Assembly: GCA_963666975.2 (NCBI GenBank)
Contig: CAXVYR010000004.1
Location: 1,504,001-1,568,000, forward strand
DNA: 64,000 nt
Direction of reading: 5' to 3'
Origin: Terriglobia bacterium
Lineage (GTDB): Bacteria > Acidobacteriota > Terriglobia > 2-12-FULL-54-10
Position 1 is the stretch's first letter; every line of letters starts with the position of its first letter. Shown here piece by piece: positions 29,404 to 40,288 of this stretch. The notes beneath the pieces are model-generated. The model was not told where the DNA came from, ran no database searches, and worked only from the letters and a program-made list of their open reading frames with translations. The position numbers were made by a program, and so were the translations under genes.

Positions 29404-30266
29404 CGGTCGTCCTTCGCACGATCCCGGAGACCAGGCGCTGGGTCCAAACAGAGCGGACGAGCAACCGCACCCTCGGACTGGTTCCCACCATGGGTTCCTT
29501 TCACGAAGGGCACCTCAGCCTCATCCGCCGGGCGCGCCGGAGTTGTGACCGAACGATAGTCTCCATTTTCGTGAACCCGTTGCAGTTTGGGCCCGGAGAA
29601 GACTACGAAAGCTATCCCAGGGATTTCGACCGCGATCTTTCGCTGGCCACCCAGGAAGGAGTCGAAGCCGTCTTTCATCCGGAAACGGAGGAGATGTACC
29701 CGAACGGGATGGTTACTTCCATTGGCGTGGGAAAACTGGGGGAGGTATTGTGCGGCGCCTCTCGTCCCGGCCACTTTCAGGGGGTCGCGACCGTAGTCGC
29801 CAAGCTGTTTCACATTGTCCAGCCCGACCGCGCCTTTTTTGGACAGAAAGACGCGCAGCAGGCCTTGATTATCAGAGCGATGACTCTGGACCTGAACTGG
29901 CCTCTCCAGATTGAAGTCTGCCCCACGGTGCGGGAACCGGACGGATTGGCATACAGCTCCCGGAACAGATATTTGAACGCGGAGGAGCGTTCCCGCGCCA
30001 CCGTGCTCTATCGTTCCCTGCGGCTGGCGGAGACGCTGATCCACTCCGGCGAGCGGAACGCTGCCGGCGTGGAGCAGCAGATGCAGAAAATGATCTGCGC
30101 CGTGCCGGGAGCTGAGATCGATTATGCGCGGGTGGTGGACCCGGCTACGCTGGACGAGTTGCGGCAAATCCGTGGAGAAGTGCTGGCCGCCGTTGCGGTG
30201 CGTTTTGGAAAGACGCGCCTGATTGATAATTTAATCATCGCGCCGGAGAGGCAAGAAAGTGGATAG
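29400..30266 (+). CDS. panC: Pantoate-beta-alanine ligase
   Basis: [40 protein letters not shown]. Confidence 0.97.
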   Translation: MTVVLRTIPETRRWVQTERTSNRTLGLVPTMGSFHEGHLSLIRRARRSCDRTIVSIFVNPLQFGPGEDYESYPRDFDRDLSLATQEGVEAVFHPETEEMYPNGMVTSIGVGKLGEVLCGASRPGHFQGVATVVAKLFHIVQPDRAFFGQKDAQQALIIRAMTLDLNWPLQIEVCPTVREPDGLAYSSRNRYLNAEERSRATVLYRSLRLAETLIHSGERNAAGVEQQMQKMICAVPGAEIDYARVVDPATLDELRQIRGEVLAAVAVRFGKTRLIDNLIIAPERQESG

Positions 30267-30645
30267 CCGGATGTTGCGGACCATGATGCGAGCCAAGGTG
30301 CACGGCGCGACGGTTACCGGGGTGAACCTCGACTATGTGGGAAGCCTCACGCTGGACAGTAGCATTCTGGAAGAACTCGACATTCTTCCCAATGAGATGG
30401 TTCAGGTTCTCAACCTGAACAACGGCGCGCGTCTGGAAACCTATGTGATTGCCGGGGAGAAGGGCAGCGGCGAGGTGGCTTTGAACGGAGCCGCAGCACG
30501 GCTGGCGCACCCCGGAGACCGAATTCTGATCCTTGCCTATGCCCTGATGAGCGAGGAGGAAGCCCGGACCCACAGGTCGAAGGTAGCCGTTCTGGACGAG
30601 CGCAACCGGATTGTGGAGATTCGCCAGGCGGGCGCGGATGGGTGA
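30259..30645 (+). CDS. panD: Aspartate 1-decarboxylase
   Basis: KVH.ATVT, YVGS self-cleavage site, NG.RLETY, NGAAAR. Confidence 0.96.
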   Translation: MDSRMLRTMMRAKVHGATVTGVNLDYVGSLTLDSSILEELDILPNEMVQVLNLNNGARLETYVIAGEKGSGEVALNGAAARLAHPGDRILILAYALMSEEEARTHRSKVAVLDERNRIVEIRQAGADG

Positions 30646-31247
30646 TCATCGTGCGAATTAGCAAAGTCTACACTCGCGGCGGGGACGAGGGGAAAACCAG
30701 CCTGGCTACCGGTGCGCGCATCAGCAAGGCCTCCCGGCGCGTCTCGGCCTACGGCGATGTGGACGAGCTGAATTCCTTCCTCGGCTTGGCGCGCGCGCGG
30801 ATCGCCGATCAAGCGCTGCAGCAATTGGTCGGGCAAATTCAAAACGACCTGTTCGTCGTCGGCGCCGACCTGGCCACTCCCGTTCCCGATCCTGCTCCCG
30901 ACCCGGCTAAAGCCAAACCCGATTCGATGCGCAGGATCAGCCAGAAGGAAGTCGAAAGCCTCGAAAAATCCATAGACCTTTACAACGACTCCCTGCCGCC
31001 CCTGAAAGAATTCATCCTTCCCGCCGGCAACGAAGCAGGCGCGCTGCTGCACGTGGCCCGCGCCGTGGCGCGCCGCGCCGAGCGCGGAGCGGTGAGGCTG
31101 TCGGAAGAAGCCGAGGCAGAAGAGGCGGGACGGATCAACCCGCAGGCGATTACCTACCTCAACCGTCTTTCGGACCTGCTGTTCGTGCTGGCGCGGGTGG
31201 TGAACCGGCAGGGCGGCTCAGCGGAAGTTTTCGCTGAGTTCCATTGA
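30642..31247 (+). CDS. PduO-type ATP:cob(I)alamin adenosyltransferase
   Basis: [36 protein letters not shown]. Confidence 0.93.
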   Translation: MIIVRISKVYTRGGDEGKTSLATGARISKASRRVSAYGDVDELNSFLGLARARIADQALQQLVGQIQNDLFVVGADLATPVPDPAPDPAKAKPDSMRRISQKEVESLEKSIDLYNDSLPPLKEFILPAGNEAGALLHVARAVARRAERGAVRLSEEAEAEEAGRINPQAITYLNRLSDLLFVLARVVNRQGGSAEVFAEFH

Positions 31248-31311
31248 CTGGGGCCTGAATAACACAGAGAATTTCTTTGTTTGGGTCTTGGCAGGTCCAG
31301 GGCTGTCGGCG

Positions 31312-32808
31312 TCACCGGGGTGAGTGAGATGCTGATGTCTGTACAGCTTTCTCCGGCAGCGCGGTCGAGGGCGCGAGACCTGCGGCGCGGCGGGCGGCGG
31401 CGCGGTAACGCTTCATGTCCGCATGGGCATAGGTGGCCAGCCGCTCGGCGGCGAGCGACCCTTCGGCGTGCAACGAGGTCACCTCCCAGAAGCCGCCCAG
31501 CTCCGATGCCACCAGGTCCTTGACCAAGTGAATCACCTTGAACCGCTCTTCGGAGGAGACCTTCTGGCTCCCTGCCATATATTTCTCCAGGTCGGCGCGC
31601 GTTTCCGCGTTGTTCCAGTCGCGCTCGGAAGGCACCGTGACGATGATCCCTCCGGCGATGTCCTGCACGGCCTTCACCGCCTGGTGGTAGTTGTCGGCAA
31701 AAAAGAATTTGGAGGCGTTGCCCACCACCGGGTCGGGATAGTACAAGCCGGTCAGCGAATCCGGAACGGCTTTGTAGCAAGCCGCTTCGCTCAGCGCCAG
31801 GATGCTTTCCGCATACATCACCAGCCATGCAATCTTGTCCCGCACGTGGGCCACCCGCTCGATGCCGTTCGCCTCGGCGATTAACTGCGCCGCTCCAGCG
31901 AGCAATTCCGCAAAGGGATACTTATAAGCGGCCGCCGTGACGCGGTGGAAGTTGGCGAACATGCCCGCCAGCGGCCCGGCAAACTGCCACTCGCCTTCCA
32001 GGAAAATTCGCTCGTCGGGAATGAAGACATTATCAAAGATGACCAACCCCTCGACCATCGCAGCGCGGTTGGCTACGGGATAATCCACCAGCCCTTCCTC
32101 CCAAGCGCCGGACCGCGCGATGATGCGGATGCCTTGGGTATTGGCCGGGATGGCGAAGGCCACCGCGTAATCGCGGTCCGCCTCCGCCATGGCGCGCGTC
32201 GGCAGCACGCAGAACTCGTTGGTGTAGGGAGCCGTGGTGATGTGGGCCTTGGCTCCCCTGACGATCATGCCCCCGTCCACCCGGCGGACCTTTCGCACGT
32301 AAAGGTCCGGGTCGGCTTGCTGGGAGGGGCGCAGGCTGCGGTCTCCTTTGACGTCGGTCATGGTGATGGAGATGCTGGGGTCTTCCCGCTGGAGGATGCA
32401 GCGAAACGCTTCCAGGCGCTCGGCGTAACGGCTGCCGGTCGAGGCGTCGCAGTGCGCGGTGAGGATGGCCAGGGCGTTGACGGCGTCCGAGCCGCCCTCC
32501 TTCGCGAACGGCGGAAACCCGAAACAAATCCGGCTGCCGGTCTCGGCCAGCTTCCTCCGCAGCAGCAGGTCCTGGGGCGACCGGGGAGGCAGGAAAAACC
32601 GGCTGAAGGCCTCGCCCTCCGGCGTCTGGACCACGGCCAACTCCCGAAACTCCGGCGTCTCGGCCAGCTCATAGTCCACGGCCGAGGAATCCACGCCTAT
32701 CTTCAGGACCGGATGCGTGGTGACGTCTTCCACGCGCTGGCCCTTGTAGTAAACGACGCGGCCGTCTTTTAAGCTGTTACGGAATTGCTCCGGAGTTCGC
32801 AGTCCCAT
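31312..32808 (-). CDS. 4-hydroxyphenylacetate 3-hydroxylase / 4-hydroxybutyryl-CoA dehydratase family flavoprotein
   Basis: SLKDGR.VY..G..V.DV..HP, TDVKGDRS, VRGAKAHIT, FDNVFIP.ERIF, LHAEGS. Confidence 0.85.
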   Translation of the reverse strand: MGLRTPEQFRNSLKDGRVVYYKGQRVEDVTTHPVLKIGVDSSAVDYELAETPEFRELAVVQTPEGEAFSRFFLPPRSPQDLLLRRKLAETGSRICFGFPPFAKEGGSDAVNALAILTAHCDASTGSRYAERLEAFRCILQREDPSISITMTDVKGDRSLRPSQQADPDLYVRKVRRVDGGMIVRGAKAHITTAPYTNEFCVLPTRAMAEADRDYAVAFAIPANTQGIRIIARSGAWEEGLVDYPVANRAAMVEGLVIFDNVFIPDERIFLEGEWQFAGPLAGMFANFHRVTAAAYKYPFAELLAGAAQLIAEANGIERVAHVRDKIAWLVMYAESILALSEAACYKAVPDSLTGLYYPDPVVGNASKFFFADNYHQAVKAVQDIAGGIIVTVPSERDWNNAETRADLEKYMAGSQKVSSEERFKVIHLVKDLVASELGGFWEVTSLHAEGSLAAERLATYAHADMKRYRAAARRAAGLAPSTALPEKAVQTSASHSPR

Positions 32809-32865
32809 TGGAAACCCTTTCGTGCTCCTGTGGATGTTATTGGCGCTCCATGCCGCGCGCGCATG

Positions 32866-32956
32866 GTAGCCACGGCGAGCGCTTTTTCTCGCCGTGGGTT
32901 TTTCTCAAATTTACAGACCCACGGCAAATTGGAACTGCAAATTTGCCGTGGCTACC
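32866..32956. repeat. Pair of GTAG-type REP-like palindromes
   Basis: gtagccacggcgag...ctcgccgtgg and ccacggcaaatt...aatttgccgtggctac in inverted arrangement. Confidence 0.65.
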
Positions 32957-32977
32957 CCTGTCCCTAACGGCCGTCTT

Positions 32978-33892
32978 CTAATCAACCTGCACCAGGCGCT
33001 GGAACTGCTGGAAGCGGGCGTCGATCAGCTCCCGGCTGAGATGGCGCAGGCGCTCCAGGCCGAACTTTTCCACGGTGAAGCTGCCCATCACCGAGCCGTA
33101 GATCATGGCGCGGCGAAAGTCGTTCTCCTCCGAGCCTTGCGCCGCCGCGCCGCGCGAGGCGAGGTATCCCATGAAGCCGCCTGCAAAACTGTCTCCGGCT
33201 CCGGTGGGGTCGAAGATTTCTTCCAGCGGCAGCGCGGGGGCGCAGAAAACCTCTTTTTTCCGAAACATCGTGGCCCCGTTGTCTCCCCGCTTGATGACCA
33301 CGGTCGAGGGCCCCAAGGCGCGGATCGCGCGGGCCGCCTTCAGTAGATTGTATTCTCCGCTGAACTGGCGGGCTTCGGAATCATTGATAATGACCGCGTG
33401 CAGCCCTCGCAGCGTCTTCTCCAGCTCCGCCCGTTTCCCTTCGATCCAGAAATTCATGGTGTCGCCCGCAATGAGGGCGGGAGCCTCCATCTGTCCCTGC
33501 ACGAGCGACTGCAACTCCGGGTCGATGTTGCCCAAAAACAGGTAAGGCGATTTGCGGTAATGCGGGGGGAGCTTCGGTTGGAACGAGGCGAAGACATTCA
33601 ATTGGGTGTCGAGCGTCGTGCGCTCGTTCATGTCCGCATTGTATTCGCCCGACCAGAAAAATGTTTTTCCGGGAACGCGCTCCAGCCCTTCGGTGCCGAT
33701 CTTCCGCTCCGTAAAAACGCCGTGGTGCTCCTCCCCGAAGTCGTCTCCCACCACGCCTACCACCTGCACCTGGGTAAAGTAGCTGGCCGCGACGGAAAAA
33801 TACGTGGCCGAGCCGCCCAGCATGCGGTCCACTTTCCCTCGCGGGCTGCTCACCGCGTCGAAAGCAACCGATCCTACAACCAACAATGTCAT
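32978..33892 (-). CDS. PfkB-family carbohydrate/nucleoside kinase
   Basis: GSVAFD, GGSA, NDSEA, DPTGAGDSFAGG. Confidence 0.92.
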   Translation of the reverse strand: MTLLVVGSVAFDAVSSPRGKVDRMLGGSATYFSVAASYFTQVQVVGVVGDDFGEEHHGVFTERKIGTEGLERVPGKTFFWSGEYNADMNERTTLDTQLNVFASFQPKLPPHYRKSPYLFLGNIDPELQSLVQGQMEAPALIAGDTMNFWIEGKRAELEKTLRGLHAVIINDSEARQFSGEYNLLKAARAIRALGPSTVVIKRGDNGATMFRKKEVFCAPALPLEEIFDPTGAGDSFAGGFMGYLASRGAAAQGSEENDFRRAMIYGSVMGSFTVEKFGLERLRHLSRELIDARFQQFQRLVQVD

Positions 33893-33917
33893 GAGTTCGC
33901 TCCTAAGAGGGTTTTGG

Positions 33918-34781
33918 CTATGAAAGATATTTGCCGACGAGCAGCTCAAATTTTTTCCGCGTTTCGGGGGGGATCACCGCGCGGTCGGTTATGATAGAGG
34001 CTGCCAGCGCCGAGCCGCAACCGCAGGACCGCTCGTCCGGCATTCCTTCGATCGCTCGCAACAGCACCTGAGCGGCATTCTCAGAATTTTTCATCAAGTT
34101 GGCGATGATCTCCTGGACGGTGACGGCCTCGTGACCCGGATGCCAGCAATCGTAATCGGTCACCATCGCCACGGTGACGTAACAGAGCTCGGCCTCCCGC
34201 GCCAGCTTGGCCTCCTGCAGATTGGTCATCCCAATCACGTCCATCCCCCAGGACCGGTAGACGTTGGATTCGGCCTTGGTGGAAAAGGCGGGACCCTCCA
34301 TGCAGAGATAGGTGCCGCCGCGGGTGGCCAGCACACCAGCGTCCCGGCAAGCCGCCTCCAACACGCCGAGCAGCACGGGGCAGACGGGATCGGCAAAGGA
34401 GACGTGCACCACCAAGCCGTCGCCGAAAAACGTGGAGCGGCGGTGGCGGGTGCGGTCATAAAACTGGTCCGGCAGAACGAACGACAACGGCTTATGTTCC
34501 TCCTTCAACGATCCCACGGCGCTGAAGGAGATGATGCGCTCGACGCCGAGCATCCGGAAGCCGTAAATGTTGGCGCGGAAATTCATATCCGAGGGCAAAA
34601 TCCGGTGCCCCCGCCCGTGCCGGGCCAGGAAGGCGATTCGCCTGCCCTGCAAGGTGCCGAGCATGTAGCTGTCCGAGGGAGGCCCCCAGGGGGTGTCGAG
34701 AGAAACCGCTTCTATGCTTTCCAGGCCGGGCAGGGAATACAGCCCGCTTCCTCCGATGACTCCGATTTCCGCTTGTGACAT
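33918..34781 (-). CDS. mtnP: S-methyl-5'-thioadenosine phosphorylase
   Basis: GVIGGSG, RHGRGH, EGPAFSTKAES, GMT, VTDYDCWH. Confidence 0.93.
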   Translation of the reverse strand: MSQAEIGVIGGSGLYSLPGLESIEAVSLDTPWGPPSDSYMLGTLQGRRIAFLARHGRGHRILPSDMNFRANIYGFRMLGVERIISFSAVGSLKEEHKPLSFVLPDQFYDRTRHRRSTFFGDGLVVHVSFADPVCPVLLGVLEAACRDAGVLATRGGTYLCMEGPAFSTKAESNVYRSWGMDVIGMTNLQEAKLAREAELCYVTVAMVTDYDCWHPGHEAVTVQEIIANLMKNSENAAQVLLRAIEGMPDERSCGCGSALAASIITDRAVIPPETRKKFELLVGKYLS

Positions 34782-34810
34782 GTTGTTCCGGGTTTTCTCC
34801 TTCCGTCCCT

Positions 34811-35317
34811 TCATCTTTTTTTATGCGCTGGCGGCAGCCCTTCCACCAACTCCAGCAACACTCCTCCTGTACTCTGGGGATGAACAAAGACGTAGCGATG
34901 TCCTCCCGCGCCGACCGCCGGTTCCGGATTCACCAGCCTGACGCCGCGTTCCTGAAGCCGGGCCACCGTGGCCCGCAGGTCCGGCACCCGAAGGCAGATG
35001 TGATGCAGCCCCGCTCCGCGCTTGGCGAGGAACTTCCCGATGGGAGAATCAGTCTCGGTGGGCTCCAGCAGTTCTATGCGGGTTTCCCCCAACGGCAGCA
35101 AGGCCACGTTGGTTTTTTCCTGCGGGATCGTCTCGTAGCCGGAGACGCACAAGCCCAGCGTTCGCTCGTAAAAATCGACGGCTTTCGCCAGGGACTCGAC
35201 CGCCACGCCCAGGTGGTCCAAGACAAACTTCTCGTTGCTGAGCTTACCGTTCAGTTTCACACCGTTCTGCTTCAAATGGTTCTGCATCACACTGGCCTGC
35301 TGATTCTGAGGTTTCAA
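34811..35317 (-). CDS. mce: Methylmalonyl-CoA epimerase
   Basis: DHLGVAV, IELLEP, GLHHIC, FVHP..TGGVL.ELV; follows meaB. Confidence 0.9.
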   Translation of the reverse strand: MKPQNQQASVMQNHLKQNGVKLNGKLSNEKFVLDHLGVAVESLAKAVDFYERTLGLCVSGYETIPQEKTNVALLPLGETRIELLEPTETDSPIGKFLAKRGAGLHHICLRVPDLRATVARLQERGVRLVNPEPAVGAGGHRYVFVHPQSTGGVLLELVEGLPPAHKKR

Positions 35318-36120
35318 TCCTGTGATACCCTGGGCAGTTTCCGTCTGCCCCCGGCCTTGGAAAAATCCCGATACTTCTCTATCGCCTCCAGCAACTGTTC
35401 CACGCCTTTATTTTCGGTGGCGACCGTCTTCACAATGGGCGGTTGCCATTCCTCCATGCGCGGCGCCACACTCAACAAGGACTGCACTTCCTGCTCCACA
35501 CGCTCCGCGCCGGGAAGGTCCGATTTGTTGAGGACGAACACATCGGCGATCTCCATGACTCCGGCCTTCATGGCCTGCACATCGTCGCCCATGCCGGGAG
35601 CGAGCAGTACCAGCGTGACGTCGGCCAGCCTGGCGATCTCCACCTCGGCCTGGCCCACGCCTACCGTCTCAATCAGGATATATTCCTTTCCGGCGGCGTC
35701 CAACACCCGAGCGGCGTCCAGCGTGGCGCGGCTGACACCTCCCAGCGACCCGCGCGTCGCCATGCTGCGGATATAGGCGCCCGCGTCATTGGCCTGCGTC
35801 CGCATGCGAATCCGGTCGCCCAGCAGGGCCCCTCCGCTGAAGGGGCTGGATGGATCGACGGCCAGAATGCCCACCGTCTTGCCTCGGGTTTGCAGAAGCG
35901 CCGCCAGGCAGTCCACCAGATTGCTCTTGCCGGAGCCGACGGCGCCGGTCACGCCGATCAGGGCAGCCCGCCCTGTGTGAGGAAGCAGCGCTTGCAACAA
36001 CTCCTGCCCCTGCGCTTCGCCGTCCTCGATCCAGCTAATTGCCCGCGAGATGGCGGGAACATCCCCTTGGCGAATCCGTTCCACCCAGTTGGCAATGTCT
36101 TTCTGCATTCTTTCAGCCAT
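35314..36120 (-). CDS. meaB: Methylmalonyl-CoA mutase-associated GTPase
   Basis: GAVGSGKS, AVDPSSPFSGGALLGDRIRM, ETVGVGQ, NKSD. Confidence 0.95.
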   Translation of the reverse strand: MAERMQKDIANWVERIRQGDVPAISRAISWIEDGEAQGQELLQALLPHTGRAALIGVTGAVGSGKSNLVDCLAALLQTRGKTVGILAVDPSSPFSGGALLGDRIRMRTQANDAGAYIRSMATRGSLGGVSRATLDAARVLDAAGKEYILIETVGVGQAEVEIARLADVTLVLLAPGMGDDVQAMKAGVMEIADVFVLNKSDLPGAERVEQEVQSLLSVAPRMEEWQPPIVKTVATENKGVEQLLEAIEKYRDFSKAGGRRKLPRVSQD

Positions 36121-36327
36121 GGCTTTTGAGCAATTGCCGCGCAATCCCCGGGCATTGTATTTCGCCGCTGCCACCCCGGTTCCCGCCCCGCAGCAACTCG
36201 CCAGGCGCTCGTTACCTCTCTTGCGCTTGCTGGCTGTTTGGGGAAGCGAGGCTGGGCCAAAGGAAAAAATGAAAACAATGTACTGATAACACAAGCAGAG
36301 TGGCAGGTCAACGACAGGCAGCCTGCC

Positions 36328-37746
36328 TGTCGTTAGCACATGATATGTCCGGTGGAAATAGCAAGTGAAGTGTCCGCTTGGAAGGCGGTCTGGGGTAAGA
36401 GCATCTATCCAGGAGGTGGAGATGGAGTCATACCCGAGGGCCGCGATGGAGCGGGCAATGAAGATACAAGAAGTAATCTTGCGAGCGATAGGGAAGCGGA
36501 TCAACTGGTGGCAGGCAGCCGAGATCATCGGGATCAGCGACCGGCAGATGCGGCGGTGGCGCAGCCGGTAGGAGCAGTACGGCTACGACGGGCTGTTTGA
36601 CCGGCGGCGGGGGAAACCAAGCCCGCGGCGGGTACCCCTGAGGACGGTGGAGAAGGTGCTGGGGCTGTATCAGGAGAAGTACTTTGACTTCAACGTGCGG
36701 CACTTTCACGAGAAGCTGCGGGAAGAGCACGGCCTCCGGCTGAGCTATACGTGGGTAAAGCTGGCGTTGCAGGGGGCGGGGTTGGTAAACAAGAGGCGGA
36801 AGCGGGGCGTGCACCGCCAGCGGCGGCCCCGGCGGCCGTTGCCGGGGATGCTGCTGCATCTGGATGGGAGCCAACATCAGTGGTTTGTCGATGATCGCTG
36901 GTATGACCTGCTGGTGGTTCTGGATGATGCCAGCAGCGAGATTTACTATGCGCAACTGGTGGAGCAGGAATCGACGCGGACGGTACTGGCTGCCCTGCGG
37001 GAGGTGGTCGAGCAACAGGGGGTCTTTTGCGCCCTTTATAGCGACCGGGCCAGTCATTTCTTCCTGACCCGGAAGGCGGGCGAGCCGGTGGATCGGCAAC
37101 GGCCGACCCAGGTGGGCCGTGCACTGCGGGATCTGGGCATTCAGATGATTCCGGCCTACTCGCCGCAGGCGCGAGGACGTGGCGAGCGGAATTTCGGGAC
37201 CTGGCAAGGGCGGCTGCCACAAGAGTTGCGCCTGCGGGAGATTACTACGGTCGAGGCAGCGAATGGGTTCCTGCGGAAGGGCTATATCGGGGAGTTCAAT
37301 CGGCGCTTTGCCGTGCCGGCCGCCCACCCGGGCAGCGCCTTTTTGCCGCCAGCCAGACGGGAGTTAGACCGCATCTTCTCGATCCAGCACGAACGGGTAG
37401 TGAATCGGGACAATACGGTCAGTCTGGAGAACCGCCTCCTCCAGATCGAGAAAACTCCCTGGCGCGGGACTCTGGCGGGCTGCCGTGTGACCGTCTATGA
37501 ACACCTGGATGGGACGTTGAGCATTGGCTATGGACCGCACACAGTGGGTCGCTACTCCTCCGAGGGGGTGGCGATCCGGTGCGGCGCTCGGCGGCGGAGC
37601 CCCGTGGCTTCCCGACGACACCATTCGGCGCTCACCTCAGTCGCCCTACGGGCTCCTTCGGTCAGCGCCGAACCACTCTCGGTAGGATCATGAAACCGGA
37701 CACTTCACTTGCTACAAATACCGGACATTTTAACTTGCTAACAACA
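36328..37746 (+). mobile_element. ISNCY/IS1202-like element; transposase 36422..37693 broken by an in-frame TAG at 36569-36571
   Basis: TGT...ACA ends with doubled subterminal repeats (tagca..tga..tgtccg); LHLDGS, DDAS, YSDR, PQARGR.ER..GT.Q.RL; no target duplication seen. Confidence 0.88.
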
Positions 37747-38112
37747 CATCGCTCGCACGCCTTCCTGTGCCAGCAGCGCCCCGATCCTGCGCGCCACATC
37801 GTTGACCTCATCGCCGGTGTGATGAAACTCCAGGTTGGCAATCGAGCGGGCCGGTGTACGGATGTTCTCGCGGTTCATGCGGCAGACAAAACTCACCAGC
37901 GTCTTCGCTCGGGGAAAGGCGGCCAGAATGTCCTCGCGCTGGTCGGCGATCTCCGGCCTCTCCATCTCCACAAAGCCCGCGTCGTCGGCCCCGGCTTCCA
38001 GACAAAGTTGCCGCAACCATGCGGAGTCCAGCTTGGCCGGCCTTGTTGGCTCGGAGCTGGCCACCTCCAGCTCGTAGAATCTTTTCACCGTCGGATGTTC
38101 AGTCAGTTGCAT
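37747..38112 (-). pseudogene. 5' part of an epoxyqueuosine-reductase-like Fe-S protein, truncated by the IS
   Basis: WLRQLCLEAGADDAGFV...FPRAKTLVS...ANLEFH runs into the IS end; AAGGAGG RBS. Confidence 0.6.
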
Positions 38113-38238
38113 GATTGATGCCTCCTTATCCATATCCATTCCCAAATTAAAATCATCCAATTCCCCCGGCGTGGTTAACCCTAGCCTGCTTGCCGCAGCA
38201 CAGGACGCAAGGGAACCGAGAAACCAACATTTTGTTTG

Positions 38239-38478
38239 TCATGCGATGCGAGCCATTCCTCTGAATCCGACGAATAGACGGAGTTCCGGATCGATGGGTG
38301 ATTCTGCTGCCGTCCGTATTTTTCCATATTCAGCGCCGGCATCCCGCAGCATCTCAGCCCGGGGGCTGGAGCGGCGAACGAAGGCGCGCACGGGAAATTC
38401 CTTTTCCAAAAGTTGCTTTGCTGTAGCGAATCCGGTTTTGCCGGCTGCCGAGGTTACAAGAATCTTGGGTTTAGTCAT
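38239..38478 (-). pseudogene. N-terminal fragment of an NmrA-like NAD(P)-binding protein
   Basis: KILVTSAAGKTG...PVRAFVR...AGAE; similarity ends after about 50 aa. Confidence 0.7.
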
Positions 38479-38533
38479 GGTTCTGTTCTCCTTTTCATGT
38501 GTATGTATATACATCTAATAGACCGAAAAAAAG

Positions 38534-38960
38534 TCACCCCTCTTCCGTTGCCCGTGTCACCCGGACCAGAACCTCCTGCAAGCTGCTCCATTCCTTCTGC
38601 CCCAAGGCCTTCCCCAACCGCCTCTGGGCCCGTTCCCAATAAGGCTGTGCCCGTTCCAGTTCTCGCTTCCCCGCCGTTGTCAGCCGCCAGAGCCGCTCCC
38701 GGCGGTCCTGTCCGCGTCTGGATGAGATCCACCCGCGCGCCCGCAACGGGGCCAGGCTGCGCGTCAGCGTGGTGCTGTCGAGGATGAGCCTCCGCCCCAA
38801 TCCTCCCTGAGTCACTTCACCCATGGAGTTGAGCACCATCAGCAGGGTGAACTGAGTCGGCTCCAATCCGGTGGGCCGAAGTTCTTCGTCGTAGAGTTGG
38901 GTCACCGCGCGCGAGGCCCGGCGCAGGTTGGCACAGGCGCAGGGCAGAGCCCCCGGCGAG
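38534..38960 (-). CDS. MarR-family regulator, start codon not evident
   Basis: CACANLRRASRAVTQLYD..L, QFTLL, DSTTLTRSL, DRRER...LT..G. Confidence 0.8.
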
Positions 38961-38964
38961 TTTC

Positions 38965-40191
38965 TCAGCGGAGACGGCGGTAGATGTTGAAACCCAGGGT
39001 GAAGTCCTTGATGCCGTCGGTCACGGAGCGGCTGGTGGTGGTGCCCGGCGAGTTCGTCAGCACCAGCTCGAAGACGTGGCGGTTGGTGCTGCGCTGAATG
39101 CCGAACGAGTACGCATTGCGGGAAAAGCGCCCGCGAAAGCCCGCCACGCGGGGCATCCATTCGACGACAAAGGCGCTGCGAGGCCGGAACCGGATGCTGG
39201 CTCCCAATCCGACCGCCGCCATATGGCTTCGCGACTGACCCTCCGGATCAAATTGCGTGGCGAAGGAGGCGAAAGGGTTGGCATTGAAGCTCGCCATGGG
39301 AACCACGAAAACTTCGGCTAGGTTTGAAATCGCGCGGGAAACAGGAAAGACGAGGTTGGTCGTGTAGAAATCCTGGAAATTGTTCCGTCCTTCCACCGTG
39401 GCCCGGATGGAGGCCGAGAGGGGCTTGTTGCCTCCCTGCCGCAGAAGCTGGAATGCGCCGCCCATTTCAATCGTCTGATCCAAAGGGCTGCGATAGACGA
39501 TGGCCGCCAGACGGCTGGTGATCCCGGCTTCCCCTCCCAGAGAGGAAAAAGAAAAGCTGTCGAACCCGTAGAGATCGCCGATGCCGGAATCGAAGACCGG
39601 CTGCGTAAAGCGATGCGTAAAGCGCATGCTGAGGCTACCGCGCTCGTGAGGCACGTTGGTGGGGAGATTCACCAGGTAGTGATCGAACGTCGGTTGCGTC
39701 CTCAACGGCAGCTTCGCCTCTGGCGTCGCGGCGGCGGGGGGCGGTGGCGCGGCAACCAAGCGGGCGGCCTGCTCGGGAGTAATCTGCTCCAGCTTCGCTT
39801 CTTTTAGATTCAGACGGAAGTGCTCGCCGTCCATTTCCAGAATCGTCTCTTGCTCGCCGGCCAGGAAGGTCGCTTTCAACTCTCCCCCGCCCGCCGGAAC
39901 AGGGTTGGATGCAACGCTGGGCAGAAAATGGCTGGGCCAGGCATGGCGAAACTCCGGCGTCACGATGTGGTCATTTTCCTCGAAGGCAGATCCGAAGGAA
40001 TTCCGGGGCCCTCCGCCTTGCGGGTTGATGTGGCAGGTGGAACACTGCCCGCGGAACTCCGCCCGGGAAAAAGGGTCCTGCGAAAAGCGCAGCAAGAACT
40101 CCGGCAACGCGTAGCCGCTTGTCCCACTCAAAAAAATGATTGCCCCGAATAAAAAAAAGACAATTCCCTTGATGTTCCGAACGGATCGCAC
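38965..40191 (-). CDS. DUF5777-like outer-membrane beta-barrel with an N-terminal heme-c motif
   Basis: Signal peptide; CSTCH.NP.GGGPRN.FG; LVNLPT, FTHRF, HVFELVLTN, LGFNIYR tail; GTG follows AAGGAG. Confidence 0.72.
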   Translation of the reverse strand: MRSVRNIKGIVFFLFGAIIFLSGTSGYALPEFLLRFSQDPFSRAEFRGQCSTCHINPQGGGPRNSFGSAFEENDHIVTPEFRHAWPSHFLPSVASNPVPAGGGELKATFLAGEQETILEMDGEHFRLNLKEAKLEQITPEQAARLVAAPPPPAAATPEAKLPLRTQPTFDHYLVNLPTNVPHERGSLSMRFTHRFTQPVFDSGIGDLYGFDSFSFSSLGGEAGITSRLAAIVYRSPLDQTIEMGGAFQLLRQGGNKPLSASIRATVEGRNNFQDFYTTNLVFPVSRAISNLAEVFVVPMASFNANPFASFATQFDPEGQSRSHMAAVGLGASIRFRPRSAFVVEWMPRVAGFRGRFSRNAYSFGIQRSTNRHVFELVLTNSPGTTTSRSVTDGIKDFTLGFNIYRRLR

Positions 40192-40288
40192 AGTTTTCTC
40201 CTTTGTAATTGAGGATGGTAAAAGAAGAAGTGAGCGGAGAGAGCTTGCACTGAACCGAAGCCCGATCCGGGCAGCACAAGACTTTTCA

